From an uncultured Phycisphaerales bacterium (GTDB lineage: Bacteria; Planctomycetota; Phycisphaerae; Sedimentisphaerales; Anaerobacaceae): a DNA stretch of 64,000 nucleotides. The stretch is from assembly GCA_963772725.1 (NCBI GenBank), contig CAVYYI010000003.1:672001-736000 (forward strand). Reading direction: 5' to 3'. Shown piece by piece: positions 22,281-33,668 of this stretch. How positions within the stretch are numbered: position 1 is the stretch's first letter; the number at the start of each line of letters is the position of its first letter. A model generated the notes under the pieces. It worked only from the letters and a program-made list of their open reading frames with translations, ran no database searches and was not told the origin of the DNA. The translations under genes were made by a program, and so were the position numbers.

Positions 22281-23307
22281 TTATCCCGCCCCTCTCTTTA
22301 TCATAAAATCAACCGTATCATTCGCGTTTTGATATTTAAGCTTAATCTCAGGGTGCTTATTTTGAAATACTCTGAACACCTCATCAATAAAGCCCTGACC
22401 CACAGTTGTTATATCCTTAAAATCCAGGACGATTTCCCGAAATTTCTCAAGACCTGCCAAAAGCCGTTTCGCCTGCGAACGGGAAACATACTTTCCCTCT
22501 TCTAATTTACTGAGGTTCACAAATATATGCGTCTTGTCAAACTTATATGTTTCCGGATTGCTGTAAGTCTTAAAAATTTCTTCCAAGACTCTGCTGCTAT
22601 CAAATGCGATTTTCATTATGACAACAGTTCCCTTTTGATGCTTATCCGCTATAGTCTCTACAAACCAGTCATCTTCTTCTACATTTCGTTTTAGATAAGA
22701 CAGGCCGTTTGCGTTGATAATAAATTCATCGAAAGCGCGCGATGTAAAAAAAATCCCCTCGCCCGTGTGTCTGTCCGGCTCCGTGGTCAGTTTGCCTTTC
22801 GACAATTGCAATATCACCTCTCTCGGGTCATCTAATCCCAAAGCCGTTTGAATCTTCTGGAAAATACCAATGCCATTATCTGATATACAGATTTCTACCG
22901 TGTTCTCATCCCACTCTGTTTTTATTAAAACACTGCTGCCCTGCGAATGGTCAATAGCGTTATTGAGAATTTCGGTAAAACCATAATTGCAGATGTCTCT
23001 GACATTATCTTTGAGCGCCGCGAAATCCTGCTCAAAATACATTTTCCATATCTCGTTCTCATCAGTTTCCGGCGTTATCTTAACTTCGATAGACTTATTT
23101 TTCGCCCCGAACAGGAAATATCTTGCCGCTTGTGTTGTCCCTGTCTTGATAATCTGCCTGTTTTTAATCAGCGTATCGAGATGTCTGTGAATGGTGGTTC
23201 TGCTGACAGAAAACTGCTTCAGCTGCCAAATCCACAACATCCTTCGGATGCTCCGGGATAGCCGTAAGAATAAAGGCCCTTATCTCTTCCGCCCGTTCTT
23301 TTCCCAT
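22281..23307 (-). CDS. wHTH + HATPase + STAS-like (DUF4325) protein; frameshift near 23220
   Basis: VSRTTIHRHL HTH; EILNNAIDHS, DNGIGI, GEGIFFTSR; SRSQAKRLL...LDFKDITTVGQGFIDEVF; ATG at 23307 after GAGG. Confidence 0.85.
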
Positions 23308-23336
23308 TTTTTACCTCAAAAACGCCATACAAATAG

Positions 23337-23477
23337 ATTGTAACTATGATATTTTATGATTATAACTATTCTTTCGGCAATTACAACTATATTCTTTAAC
23401 AATTATAACTATCACTTTTGGGGATTGTAACTATCGCAAGCGGTATTATAACTATCACTTTTTATTATTGTAACTAT
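23337..23477. repeat. Seven ATTRYAACTAT direct repeats at 21-22 bp period
   Basis: Cores start at 23337, 23359, 23380, 23402, 23424, 23445 and 23467. Confidence 0.9.
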
Positions 23478-23590
23478 CCCCTCGCGGCTTTGCCATCCTT
23501 GTTTCTTCTGTCATTCCCGCGAAAGCGGGAATCCATAATCGCCAATACAAAATCTAAAAGTTATTAATATTAAAGACTGTAATTACGTCT

Positions 23591-24097
23591 CTATTCTTTT
23601 ACGTTTTCTTGTATAGCAGAATATTGAAGTAAAACCGAAATATTAAAATCCCTTTTTCTCAATAATGAATGGGACTCGCCTCCAACAAGTGAAGATAAAG
23701 GGGCTTCAAATTTGATATATCCTGGCGATGTAACAAGAAGCTTATAATTTCGCGTAGAAAAATTTCCTATTTTTGGCCCAATTAGACTGGTCTTCCAACC
23801 ACATGGATAAGAAACTTCAAAATGGCAAAAGCCATTTTTATCTGTCGTCCTGGTTGAGAATCCGTTTCCCATTAAAACATCTTTCTTTTTAGGCTGATCA
23901 GAAATACTGTATGTTGCAAGTGTAACTTCTGCACCTTCTACGGATTTTCCAGAGGTTGATGATATCACTCTAACCTTTACTACGCCATGCACTGCACCAT
24001 CTTTTTCTAAAGTTGGCGTGAGGCACATAAGCAATATAATCACAACTACTAAGATAAATAAAACTCTGAAAATGTTTTTTCTGCTAACTTGCGCCAT
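23591..24097 (-). CDS. AT-rich membrane-anchored protein with carboxypeptidase-regulatory-like (transthyretin-like) domain
   Basis: TM helix, then VRVISSTSGKSVEGAEV...TTDKNG...LLVTSPGY. Confidence 0.65.
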   Translation of the reverse strand: MAQVSRKNIFRVLFILVVVIILLMCLTPTLEKDGAVHGVVKVRVISSTSGKSVEGAEVTLATYSISDQPKKKDVLMGNGFSTRTTDKNGFCHFEVSYPCGWKTSLIGPKIGNFSTRNYKLLVTSPGYIKFEAPLSSLVGGESHSLLRKRDFNISVLLQYSAIQENVKE

Positions 24098-24628
24098 AAT
24101 TTTTTCTTAATAATTGCTGTTCTAAGTTTGCCATTACTTTCCGCTACAAAACCTCATCGCAATTCTACCTCCGCCGATCCAAATTGTCCATCCGTTTTTG
24201 TGTTTATTCGCATTAAAATAAAATCCAAAATCGGCAATCGAAAATATATTTTGTGTCTTAGTGTCTTCCGGTTCGACAGGCTCACCGTCCTGAGCAAAGT
24301 CGAAGGAGTGGTTGCCTTTTCTTCTGAGTTCTGTATTCTGTGTTCTATCTTTTTATATTTTTTTAACAGTGTTAATCTGTGTAAATCCGTGTCTAAAAAT
24401 CTCAGCGGCCTGGGCGGTTAATTCGCTGCAAGACAAGACATATTTCCCGGAAATGGATACCTGCTTCCGCAGGTATGACACGTCGAATCAAATTTTTACG
24501 CTGTCCCAATCCTGTGCCGAACAGGATTGAGACAGGCGCCTTTTTTTTGTATTATTATATTACTATTGTAATTTGTAAGAAAATAATGTCATATATACTT
24601 GTATTAATCAGTAAATCGCTGGAGACAA

Positions 24629-25699
24629 ATGGTAACAAATCAACAAAGAATTGAGCAGATAGCAGGGGCGGCCTTAATCGGCGCAATCGTTGTCGGTTGC
24701 GGATTTGTCCTGTGGCCGTTTGTCCTGCCCATTCTCTGGGCGGCAATACTGTGCTTTGCCACTTGGCCTCTATATGAACTGTTGTTGAAATGGCTGCGCG
24801 GGCGGCGAAATCTTGCCGCAGGATTGATGACAATCATACTTTTGCTGGTACTTTTCATACCGTTTCTCATAGTTGGCCTGACATTTACCGACAGCATTAA
24901 GTCAATCATTGAATGGCTCAATTCCAACAGGGAAGCGAACTTGCCTGCGCCTCCGAAATGGGTCGAAAATATACCATTGGTCGGTACGAGAATTAGCGAG
25001 TACTGGATTAAACTGATGGCAAATACAGAGCCTGCCATGAACTGGTTGAAACCGCGACTTCAGGATGCCGGAGTGTGGCTATTAAAGCATAGCCTCGACG
25101 TTGTGCGAGGTGTTTCACATCTTGCGATGAGTGTATTTTTCGCGTTTTTTTTATACCGCGATGGCCAGGGAATTGTGCAGCGATTTCGTGAGGCTTTCCA
25201 GCAGATCAGTAGAGACTATGCTCAACACCTGATAGATGTCGTTAAAACAACAGTGCGGAGTGTTGTGTATGGTGTGATAGGCACGGCATTGGCTCAAAGT
25301 ACAGTGGCTTGGATAGGTTTTGCCATCGCAGGTGTGCCATCCCCCGTAATGCTGGCGATGTTTACTTTTTTCCTGAGTTTTGTTCCCGCAGGCCCGGTGA
25401 TTGTCTGGATTGGCGCATCGATATGGCTTTTTGCGGGCGGGCAAACCGGCTGGGGCATTTTCATGATTGTTTATGGCGTGCTCGTAATCAGCAGCATAGA
25501 TAACGTTATAAAGCCTTACATTATCAGCCGCGGCTCAAAATTGCCATTTATTGTCATGTTTATCGGTGCCGTAGGCGGGGTCGTAACATTCGGTCTCATC
25601 GGTGTTTTTCTCGGCCCGACACTTTTAGCGGTGGGTTTCAGTCTCACACAAGAGATTCTCATCCATCGACACTCCCCCTCTTCACCGAAACAAGAATAA
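24629..25699 (+). CDS. AI-2E family transporter (YdiK-like)
   Basis: Multi-TM; FFLYRDG, IDNVIKPYII, GGVVTFGLIGVFLGP. Confidence 0.9.
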   Translation: MVTNQQRIEQIAGAALIGAIVVGCGFVLWPFVLPILWAAILCFATWPLYELLLKWLRGRRNLAAGLMTIILLLVLFIPFLIVGLTFTDSIKSIIEWLNSNREANLPAPPKWVENIPLVGTRISEYWIKLMANTEPAMNWLKPRLQDAGVWLLKHSLDVVRGVSHLAMSVFFAFFLYRDGQGIVQRFREAFQQISRDYAQHLIDVVKTTVRSVVYGVIGTALAQSTVAWIGFAIAGVPSPVMLAMFTFFLSFVPAGPVIVWIGASIWLFAGGQTGWGIFMIVYGVLVISSIDNVIKPYIISRGSKLPFIVMFIGAVGGVVTFGLIGVFLGPTLLAVGFSLTQEILIHRHSPSSPKQE

Positions 25700-25716
25700 A
25701 CAGGGATAGACAGCTG

Positions 25717-26232
25717 TTATTTAATCACATCAATCATAGTATCTGAATGAGAATTGTTATTTATTCGCTTATGAGCCCAAAATACCACAAATGGAGCCCA
25801 GAGTGGAAAAAATACAATGAACTGACACATTAATCCACCGTTTCCGATTCCTGTTGCTGCTGCTATGCTGATTGCAATCATACGATTTGGGAAAAGCCAT
25901 AGTAAGCTGATTGAGAAAAAATAGAGCACCTCGGTAATCAGGAGCCACATAAACAGGTATCGATATCGTGTTTTTAAACGGATAAATTCAATGCCTGAAA
26001 AGAACAGAGCAGCAAAAAACAATGTACATATAGTCAGCATCGATAAAAATGCCCCAAGAACATATGGTTCATTATCAGCATGGGGTAATGTTTTGAGAGA
26101 TTCAATAGACGACAGTGATAACGCATTGTATAACAATCCTAAAATGGATAGAACAATGGTTGAAACGCCAATTATTCGAAGTGCTATTGAAGGTGCTTTA
26201 TTCATACTGAATCCCTTTATTTTGATATTCAA
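25717..26232 (-). CDS. AT-rich orphan four-TM protein (cassette cargo)
   Basis: Hydrophobic ORF preceded by a promoter module shared with 22188-22240. Confidence 0.65.
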   Translation of the reverse strand: MNIKIKGFSMNKAPSIALRIIGVSTIVLSILGLLYNALSLSSIESLKTLPHADNEPYVLGAFLSMLTICTLFFAALFFSGIEFIRLKTRYRYLFMWLLITEVLYFFSISLLWLFPNRMIAISIAAATGIGNGGLMCQFIVFFPLWAPFVVFWAHKRINNNSHSDTMIDVIK

Positions 26233-26346
26233 CTAATGTCGATCATATCGAACGCTTCAATAAATAGATACCTCCAACTATTATTCAGCAACACCTCATA
26301 ATCTTACCACGCTTATGAACATTGTCCAGCAGATAATGATGGCCAT

Positions 26347-26382
26347 AAAAAAAAGAAGAACGATTAAGTCGTTCTTCTTTTT
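26347..26382. terminator. Intrinsic terminator (bidirectional-looking)
   Basis: AAAAGAAGAACGA-TTAAG-TCGTTCTTCTTTT. Confidence 0.8.
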
Positions 26383-26411
26383 AGTTCAACTGTAATTAAA
26401 TTTTTCGAGAG

Positions 26412-27602
26412 CTACTGTTTAATAAACAGATAATACAATCTTCCCTCGTGATAGGTTTGCCCTGCGACACGGCCGGCGTCATCGCCTTCGCCGATATAAA
26501 TATCGCAGCCGCCCCGGGCGCGAATCGCCCCGCCGGTATCCTGGTCAAGCGCAAAACCGCTGTATCCCTGCGATACCGCGCCTCCGATATGCAGCGGCAG
26601 TTTTGTGGTTATAAATGTTACAGCGGCACGCGGGAAAATCGTCTTGTCCGTAGCTATGGTTCGCAGCACAGTAACCGGCTCATTGAGACTGCCGCGAGGA
26701 GGGCCCTCTTCCTGCCTGAAGAAAACAAACCGCGGATTGAGCCTTGTGTATCGGGCAACCTGGTCCACGTGGCCCTTGAAGTATTCAATCATCCCGGTCA
26801 AGCTCAACTGAGACTTGTCTATAACACCGTCCGCAATCATCTGCTGAGAGATGCCCTTATAGTCGAAACCATTGTTCGCCGCGTAACCTACGCCGATAAG
26901 CTTACCGTCGGGCAACCTGATTTTGGCCGAACCCTGCACGTGCGCGATATAGGCCTCGAACGGGTCGCCGAGCCAGACCAGCTCATCGCCCTTGCATAAG
27001 CCGGCATCCTCAATAGTCGCCCTGGGCGGATAAGGGGTAATTTCCCCGCTGGCGTTGCGTCTGCCGCGAATCTCACCTGTGGAACTTTTAACAAGGTCTG
27101 CCGGCTGCTTATAAAGCGGATAACGGAACTTTTCCGTTTGAACCAGCGAACCGTCGAAAATCGGCGTATAATAGCCGGTGAATAATACCGTTTCCTCATC
27201 GTCACAGCCGACTGAGGTATAAACATCGAACCTGCTGCGAATCGCCGCGTTTAACGCGGGCCCGCTCAGGCCGGAATCCAGCATATCCGCAAACGCCTTT
27301 AAGCTGTCAACTGACTGCTGATGAGTAATGCCGTTGCTCGGATAGAACGTTTTGCTCGAAGGCTTACTCATATAATTCAAACTTCGCGCCACAGCGGTTT
27401 TCAGCCCCGACAAATCGCCACACGCAGGCGTAAAATCGGGTATTTCGAGCGGGTCGGTTATTTTCCGCAGCGCTTGCTGGCCCGGCAGTAACTGCCTGGT
27501 GTAATCCTTTTTTACCTGTTGAGGCTTATGACAGCCTGTTATGTTTATCGCAATCACTAATGACGCCAGCACAAAAACAACTTTTTTCATCTTGCACTCC
27601 AA
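26412..27602 (-). CDS. mltA: Membrane-bound lytic murein transglycosylase A (lipoprotein)
   Basis: Lipobox ITGC; LFTGYYTP, HVQGS, NPRFVFF, DTGGAI, DIYIG. Confidence 0.9.
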   Translation of the reverse strand: MECKMKKVVFVLASLVIAINITGCHKPQQVKKDYTRQLLPGQQALRKITDPLEIPDFTPACGDLSGLKTAVARSLNYMSKPSSKTFYPSNGITHQQSVDSLKAFADMLDSGLSGPALNAAIRSRFDVYTSVGCDDEETVLFTGYYTPIFDGSLVQTEKFRYPLYKQPADLVKSSTGEIRGRRNASGEITPYPPRATIEDAGLCKGDELVWLGDPFEAYIAHVQGSAKIRLPDGKLIGVGYAANNGFDYKGISQQMIADGVIDKSQLSLTGMIEYFKGHVDQVARYTRLNPRFVFFRQEEGPPRGSLNEPVTVLRTIATDKTIFPRAAVTFITTKLPLHIGGAVSQGYSGFALDQDTGGAIRARGGCDIYIGEGDDAGRVAGQTYHEGRLYYLFIKQ

Positions 27603-27821
27603 ATCTTTCTACTAACAACTAACCACTAATAACTAATAACTATATATTGTCAAATTGACGCTAAATTCTTTAACTTTTTTGCTTATTGCGAATAATATAA
27701 TCCTCCCCAAAGCCTGTTTCTAAAATCCCAGCGCCCCATCAGCCTCTATCGCCGGCCAGCGGTGAGCCAAGTCAAACCACACTTCGACGGAAAAATAATT
27801 CGCCTTCAAAAGAAACGCAAT

Positions 27822-27852
27822 AAAAAAGGCGGGCTTTTTAGAAAGCCCGCCT
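27822..27852 (-). terminator. Intrinsic terminator after the PEP-CTERM gene
   Basis: AGGCGGGCTTT...AAAGCCCGCCT with an A-run on the plus strand. Confidence 0.75.
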
Positions 27853-27895
27853 AAAAGAGAGATATTCAAAAAAATGCGGATAAAGTTAACTTCTC

Positions 27896-28521
27896 TTAAC
27901 CTCTTCTCCGCCGTATCATTAACATCGCAGAACCCAGTGCCAGAACAGCTATCGAGGTAGGTTCGGGGGTAGGAATCTGCTCAGTGCAAAACTCGACACC
28001 GCCAAGGAAAGACATTTTCAGGCCGAAATCGCCGCTTTCGCCGATACCGATTGCATCGCCTGTGCCGACATAGTAGTCAACTGTTCCGAGCCAACCTGTA
28101 CCGCCGTTGGGTAACTCCTGGTCAGGTAAAGGCTGAGTCACTACGAAGGTCCAGCCGTCCGGGGCGATCACACTTGTGCTGATTGAAAATGTTTTGTTCA
28201 TTCCGATTGTGATGTGATAGTCAGTCCACGCAAAGTTCGTCTGGTTATCGACGGTCTCAGCAAGCCAGACTGTCGGGTTGAGTTCACTGTTTGTGAAGAA
28301 TTCGCCCTCCACATGAGCCGGATGCCAATACTGGCGCCTTCCATCGAAAGGGTGTACTCATCGAGCCCGCTATCATAGGTTAAGCTCGTTAAGGTGTCGT
28401 TCATAACAATCGCGCCGTCATTATCATCGGAACAAACCCACGATGTGATGCTCGCATTGAGCTGAGAAGTCAGCAGCAGAACTGCTGCCGCCGCAAGGAT
28501 GCAAACCGTTTTTATATTCAT
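27896..28521 (-). CDS. PEP-CTERM protein; frameshift near 28335
   Basis: Signal peptide in one frame; C-terminal TPEPTSIAVLALGSAMLMIRRRRG in the other. Confidence 0.85.
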
Positions 28522-28715
28522 CTCGTATCCTCCTATACTAAAGGTTCGTTTGTTTTACAAAAACAAACACAATATTAACTTTTTATCCTTAGCCAGGTGA
28601 AAAACCCCTCTTCTTCGCGGTGTTTCAAAGATTGCTTTTAAGTTTTGCTCCCACCCTTCTATTTTTATCCTATATTATCGCCTACTTCTCCAAACTCTTA
28701 CTTATAAATATAATA

Positions 28716-29729
28716 ACCTGAACTTTGGATAAGGATATAGAAAAACGGCCTGTCTGCCGAAGGAAATAATATTGTTGTCACTAAAATATTATTGACCCTT
28801 AGGCAAAGGAGGCCGTCAAATGCTGGATTTTACCACATTATTTGTAGATGTCGATGATTGTTGGAAAGTTTTTCAAAAAATTTATAATAAACACCTGCTC
28901 GATGATGGAACTATCCGGCGTAACAGGGATTGCAACTTAAGTATCAGTGAGATTATGACTATTATAATTGGCTTCCAAACAAGCGGTTTTCGTACTTTTA
29001 AGGCATACTATCAGTATGTTCTCAAGCATCACAGATGCGATTTCCCCGATTTGGTCAGCTATGATAGATTTGTTTATCTTATTCCCAGGTCAGTTATTCC
29101 GATGTTTGTCTATTTACAGAGTTGCGGCATTGATAAACCGACAGGCATCTCTTTTATTGACAGTACATCTCTTAAAGTCTGTCATAACAAGCGAATCTGC
29201 CGTCACCGCGTTTTTGACGGTTTGGCTGCAATCGGGAAGACCACAATGGGATGGTTTTATGGCTTTAAGCTTCACCTTATAATAAATGAGTGCGGCGGAT
29301 TATTGTCTTATCGGCTGACTGCTGGTAATGTTGCTGACAGCCGGATGGCAGAGCCTATGACAAAGGGTTTGTTTGGAAAGCTCTTTGGAGACAAGGGTTA
29401 TATAGGCAAAGGCCTGTTTGAAAAGCTGCTGAGCAAAGGCGTCAAATTGATAACCAATGTTCGTAAGAATATGAAATCCTGCCTGATGGAATTGGAGGAT
29501 AAGATTTTGTTGAGAAAACGTTCACTGATTGAAACCGTAAATGATACGCTGAAAAATGTCTGCCAGATTGAGCATTCTCGGCATCGCAGCCCGATTAATT
29601 TTCTGGCACATTTGATAGCCGGTCTGATAGCCTATACGAGACTGCCGAAAAAACCTTCGCTAAAAATAGAAAGTATCAAATATCAGTCAGGAAAAAGTGT
29701 TTATCTCATTGCTTAAACAAAGTTCAGGT
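28716..29729 (+). mobile_element. IS982-family element, transposase 28820-29716
   Basis: IRs ACCTGAACTTTG / CAAAGTTCAGGT; TSD TAATA at 28711-28715 and 29730-29734; IDST, GWFYGFKLHL, GDKGY, KRSLIETVN motifs. Confidence 0.95.
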
Positions 29730-30099
29730 TAATAGCTTTTTGATGGGTAAGCTGTCAAGACAAAAGATTAAATTTTTAATTTTTTTTAATAAAGGGCCTT
29801 TTGATGTTTTTAAGCTGTAACTTGTTATAAAATAAGATGATACGGCAAAATACCGGCTCAAAATACAAATGCCATAAAAAAAATTAAAAAATTTTCTTAT
29901 TTTTGCGAGAAGAACGGCGGCAAAATATTTTTGACAATCGGCGCAAATGCTATAGAATCTCCTGCTCGTGGCATAAAATAACAATTTTTATCTGTCATAC
30001 CTGCGAAAGCAGGTATCTATTTTGGATTTGTCTATGGATTCCCGTTTTCACGGGAATGACAGGGAACACCAATAACAATTTTTTGGAGAAATTTTGAAA

Positions 30100-31311
30100 A
30101 TGGCAAAGGCACCAAAAGCAAACGCGGTAGTGGGTCAATCGGGCGGTCCGACCGGCGTCATCAACGCCTCGCTCGTGGGAGTTATCGAGGAAGCGCAAAA
30201 ACACCCGGAAATTAAAAAACTTTACGGGGCGGTTCACGCCGTCGCCGGCATCGTTCAGGAGCAATTCATCGACTTGAAGAAACTCTCGTATAAAACTCTC
30301 GAACTGGTCGCCTCATCGCCTTCATCGGCGTTAGGCTCCAGCCGCGACAAACCCTCCGAGGAATACTGCGCGAAAATTCTCGACGTGTTGAAAAAACGCG
30401 ACATCCGCTATTTCTTCTACATCGGCGGCAACGACTCAGCCAATACAGCTTATATCATTAACACGATGGCTGAAAAGGCCGGCTATGATATGAGGGCATT
30501 TCATATCCCAAAAACGGTCGATAACGACCTGCTCGTTACAGACCATTGTCCTGGTTTCGGTACCGCCGCCAAATTCGTTGCCTGCGCTCTGATGGGCGAT
30601 GACCTGGACAACCGCGCACTGCCCGGTATTAAAATCGATGTAATCATGGGCAGGCACGCCGGCTTCTTGACTGCCGCCGCCGCCCTGGGAAGACAGAGAG
30701 ACGACGACGGCCCGCATCTTATTTATATGCCCGAAAAACATATTTCGATGGACAGATTCCTCAGCGACGTTGAGGCCGTTTATAAAAAGCTTGGCAGATG
30801 CGTCATCGCCGTCAGCGAAGGCATCTGTGATGTCGATGGTGTTACCTGGGCGGAAAAAATCGTCAAAACCAAAGAACGAGACTCGCACGGCAACATCCAG
30901 CTTTCCGGCACCGGCGCTTTGGCAGACCTTCTGGCCGGCCAGATTAAAGGTGCGCTGAAAATAAAACGCGTCCGCGCGGACACTTTCGGGTATCTCCAGA
31001 GAAGTTTCGCGGGACTGCAGTCCAAAGTTGACGCCAAAGAAGCACGCCAGTGCGGCCGCGAAGCTGTCAAATACGCCATGAAGGAAACCAGCGGCTCCAT
31101 CGCAATCGAAAGGCTCGGCGGCAGCAAAAGCTATAAGGTAAAATACTTCCACACAGACCTTAAAAACGTCGCGGAGAAAACAAAATCCCTGCCTGATGAA
31201 TACATCAATGAAAACGGCAACGGCGTTACCGACGCCTTCATCAAGTACGCACTGCCTTTAACAGGCGGTCTGCCAAAAACTGAGTACCTCGGCGACAATA
31301 AAAGAGTGTAA
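30100..31311 (+). CDS. 6-phosphofructokinase, probably PPi-dependent
   Basis: GQSGGPTGVIN, IGGNDS, PKTVDND, MGRHAG motifs. Confidence 0.9.
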   Translation: MAKAPKANAVVGQSGGPTGVINASLVGVIEEAQKHPEIKKLYGAVHAVAGIVQEQFIDLKKLSYKTLELVASSPSSALGSSRDKPSEEYCAKILDVLKKRDIRYFFYIGGNDSANTAYIINTMAEKAGYDMRAFHIPKTVDNDLLVTDHCPGFGTAAKFVACALMGDDLDNRALPGIKIDVIMGRHAGFLTAAAALGRQRDDDGPHLIYMPEKHISMDRFLSDVEAVYKKLGRCVIAVSEGICDVDGVTWAEKIVKTKERDSHGNIQLSGTGALADLLAGQIKGALKIKRVRADTFGYLQRSFAGLQSKVDAKEARQCGREAVKYAMKETSGSIAIERLGGSKSYKVKYFHTDLKNVAEKTKSLPDEYINENGNGVTDAFIKYALPLTGGLPKTEYLGDNKRV

Positions 31312-31358
31312 ACAATAGAATATAGAACACAGTAGGGTGGGGTCACAACCCCACCTTA

Positions 31359-31865
31359 TTACAATTTTCTCGAATCGTAGGCCCAGTGGAGAAGTGCCTG
31401 CTTTTGTCTGCGGCGGCAGTTCTGGTCGCCGGGCGTGCAGTTCTTTTTTATCGCCGCGACGTGACGTTTGATAGCCTTCCATCTTTTGATTTGGCGCTCG
31501 TCCTCGGCGGGGATTCTTCGGCCCATATAGTAACGGCAATACCACTGAAACCACCCTCGCGGGTCCTCGTGATATATCCAGCCTTTTTTCTTCCAGTCTT
31601 TTAACGGCAGCGAGGCGTCAACGCCGAAATAATTCAGTTTCGGGTCTCTTTTTTCAGGCGAGAGCTTGGCTTTTCTAAACCACGCCTCAGGAAATTCCTT
31701 GCGGCAGTCCGTCATATATTTCCCGCCGAAAACTCCCAATTCGAGCATCTCCTTTGGCGAAAGCTGCGGCTTAAACTCAGGATGAAAATTCTTCCCCGCC
31801 GGCGATACGAGATAATACACATATCCCCGCTGCATCCGGTCATTTACCGTGATTTTCTTTTTCAT
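31359..31865 (-). CDS. Conserved hypothetical protein
   Basis: LELGVFGGKY...DPRGWFQWYCRYYMGRR...RQKQALLHWAYD; host-like composition. Confidence 0.75.
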   Translation of the reverse strand: MKKKITVNDRMQRGYVYYLVSPAGKNFHPEFKPQLSPKEMLELGVFGGKYMTDCRKEFPEAWFRKAKLSPEKRDPKLNYFGVDASLPLKDWKKKGWIYHEDPRGWFQWYCRYYMGRRIPAEDERQIKRWKAIKRHVAAIKKNCTPGDQNCRRRQKQALLHWAYDSRKL

Positions 31866-32105
31866 AAAAGCCCCCTTTCATTATTTTACAAGTTGATTTT
31901 ACCTTATTTCAAAAAATAAATCCGCTGTTATATGGAAAAATATTCACGGATTACTCTTGTGATGCCTAAAACCATCAATGAATTTACAGTATGCTATTTA
32001 TTTCAATTTCGGATAACATCTGGATAATGCAGGGTTTAAGTTTTGCCATAAATATTGCCGTAAAATGGTTAAAAGATTGCCGCAAAATAGAATTGACATC
32101 ACCCC

Positions 32106-33333
32106 CAGGGCAAACGCATCTAAATTTGTAGTACTTTCAGCAGATATTGCTCATCCCATCCAGCTTTGTGCTGTTTGGCTTTAATCCCGCGTTTCAAGGT
32201 TTTTTCCTGTTTTAGCAGATTCAGGGCTATCCGACGCAACCGAGAAAAATTTTCTGCTCCGAAGTCTTTGCGAATACGGCAGTTGTCCTCGCCAAAGCTC
32301 ACATCAAGACTCCAGTGCAGTTTATTTTCAACGCCCCAATGTTCTCGAATTATTTGCCCCATCGCTCTGGCGTCTTTTCCGGCAAGACTGCTTATAAAGT
32401 AACGCCTTTCAACGGTGGTTTTATCGCTCTGAACTCTTTGCGATTCAACCGCTATCAGGCTCGACAAGCCCTGCCATTGTTTAAGGTCCTGCATCCATTG
32501 GACATTCTCACTGCACCATATTTTCCGAGTCTCTACTCGGCCATGACCGCCATCGGTATCACAACTGTAATCACAACTGCCCCTATTGGCAATAGCATCG
32601 TCCATAAACAATTTGACCTCTTCGTGCAATGTGCCATGATTACCTTTTAAACTGAAAACGTAGTCCCCGTTGCCGTCGATTATTTTTTCAGCTATCTTCT
32701 TCTGACAACCCATTGCATCTATAGTTACCACAGAACCATCTAAAACCAGCATTTCAAGCAATTTTGGGATAGCGGTGATTTCATTGCTCTTGCCGTCCGT
32801 AACGACCTGGCCAAAGACCATTTTATTCTCGCAAGCCCATGCACTAACCATGTGAATCGCCGCCTTGCGGTTGGCTGTATCAAACGATCTTCGCAGAGTT
32901 TTGCCGTCAATCGCTATTATTTTTTCACCCGTGTTTTTAGCAAGAGCCTGTATCCATCTCTGAAAACGCTGCTCAAAATCATCCGGCTTTATCGAAGAAA
33001 CCACACGTGCAAAAGTGTCATGGGATGGTATGCCGTTGGGCAATTCCAAAAAACTCTCCAGCCACTGCTGTTTGCATTGGCCAAACAATTCAATTTCATT
33101 CCATCCTTCCGCTCCGCAGATGACCGCACAAATTGTGATAGCCAAAATATCTTCCAATTTGTGCAATTTTGTTCGCTCAACCCGGGGATCAGGCAGGTCT
33201 GAAAAATAATCCAGCAGTGTTTTGTCCATTCTAAACTCCTGTATAGCAATAATATAAGTTTCCATACAGAAGTTATCGGGCTATTCCAAGAACTAACCTG
33301 AATTAACAATAAAATTTAGATGCGTTTGCCCTG
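32106..33333 (-). mobile_element. ISAs1-family element, transposase 32120-33265
   Basis: 22-bp perfect IR CAGGGCAAACGCATCTAAATTT; 10-bp TSD ACATCACCCC at 32096-32105 and 33334-33343; PSHDT, IDGKTLR, TIDAMGCQ, HWGVENKLHW motifs. Confidence 0.97.
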
Positions 33334-33668
33334 ACATCACCCCCGCATTTTGCTATTATGATTAATGGTGTTCCAGCAAGCGGCGGCGCTGCTGCCGCAA
33401 AAGAAGAGGCGAGTGTGAACAGGAGATGAGAGTGGTACGAAAAAGACTGAATTATCCTTCCATCGGCCCTTCTGACTGATTAATTTGTGTTTTAAGCAGG
33501 CATAAATGTGCCTTAGCCTTAAAAATTTGTTTGAAATATGCAGACACAACTAATGAAAGCCGTTTGGTGTGTTGCCAAACGAAAAGATATGGTGTTTGGA
33601 TATTGAAGGCAGCAAGGTTTGGGCTTATGCCGAAGGAAATAGAGTCTCTTTTAGAAGAGGAGGTTCGT

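Noticed and set aside
23337..23477. Mini CRISPR array
   Set aside because: 11-bp repeats with 10-11 bp spacers are far too short, and no cas genes are present in the window
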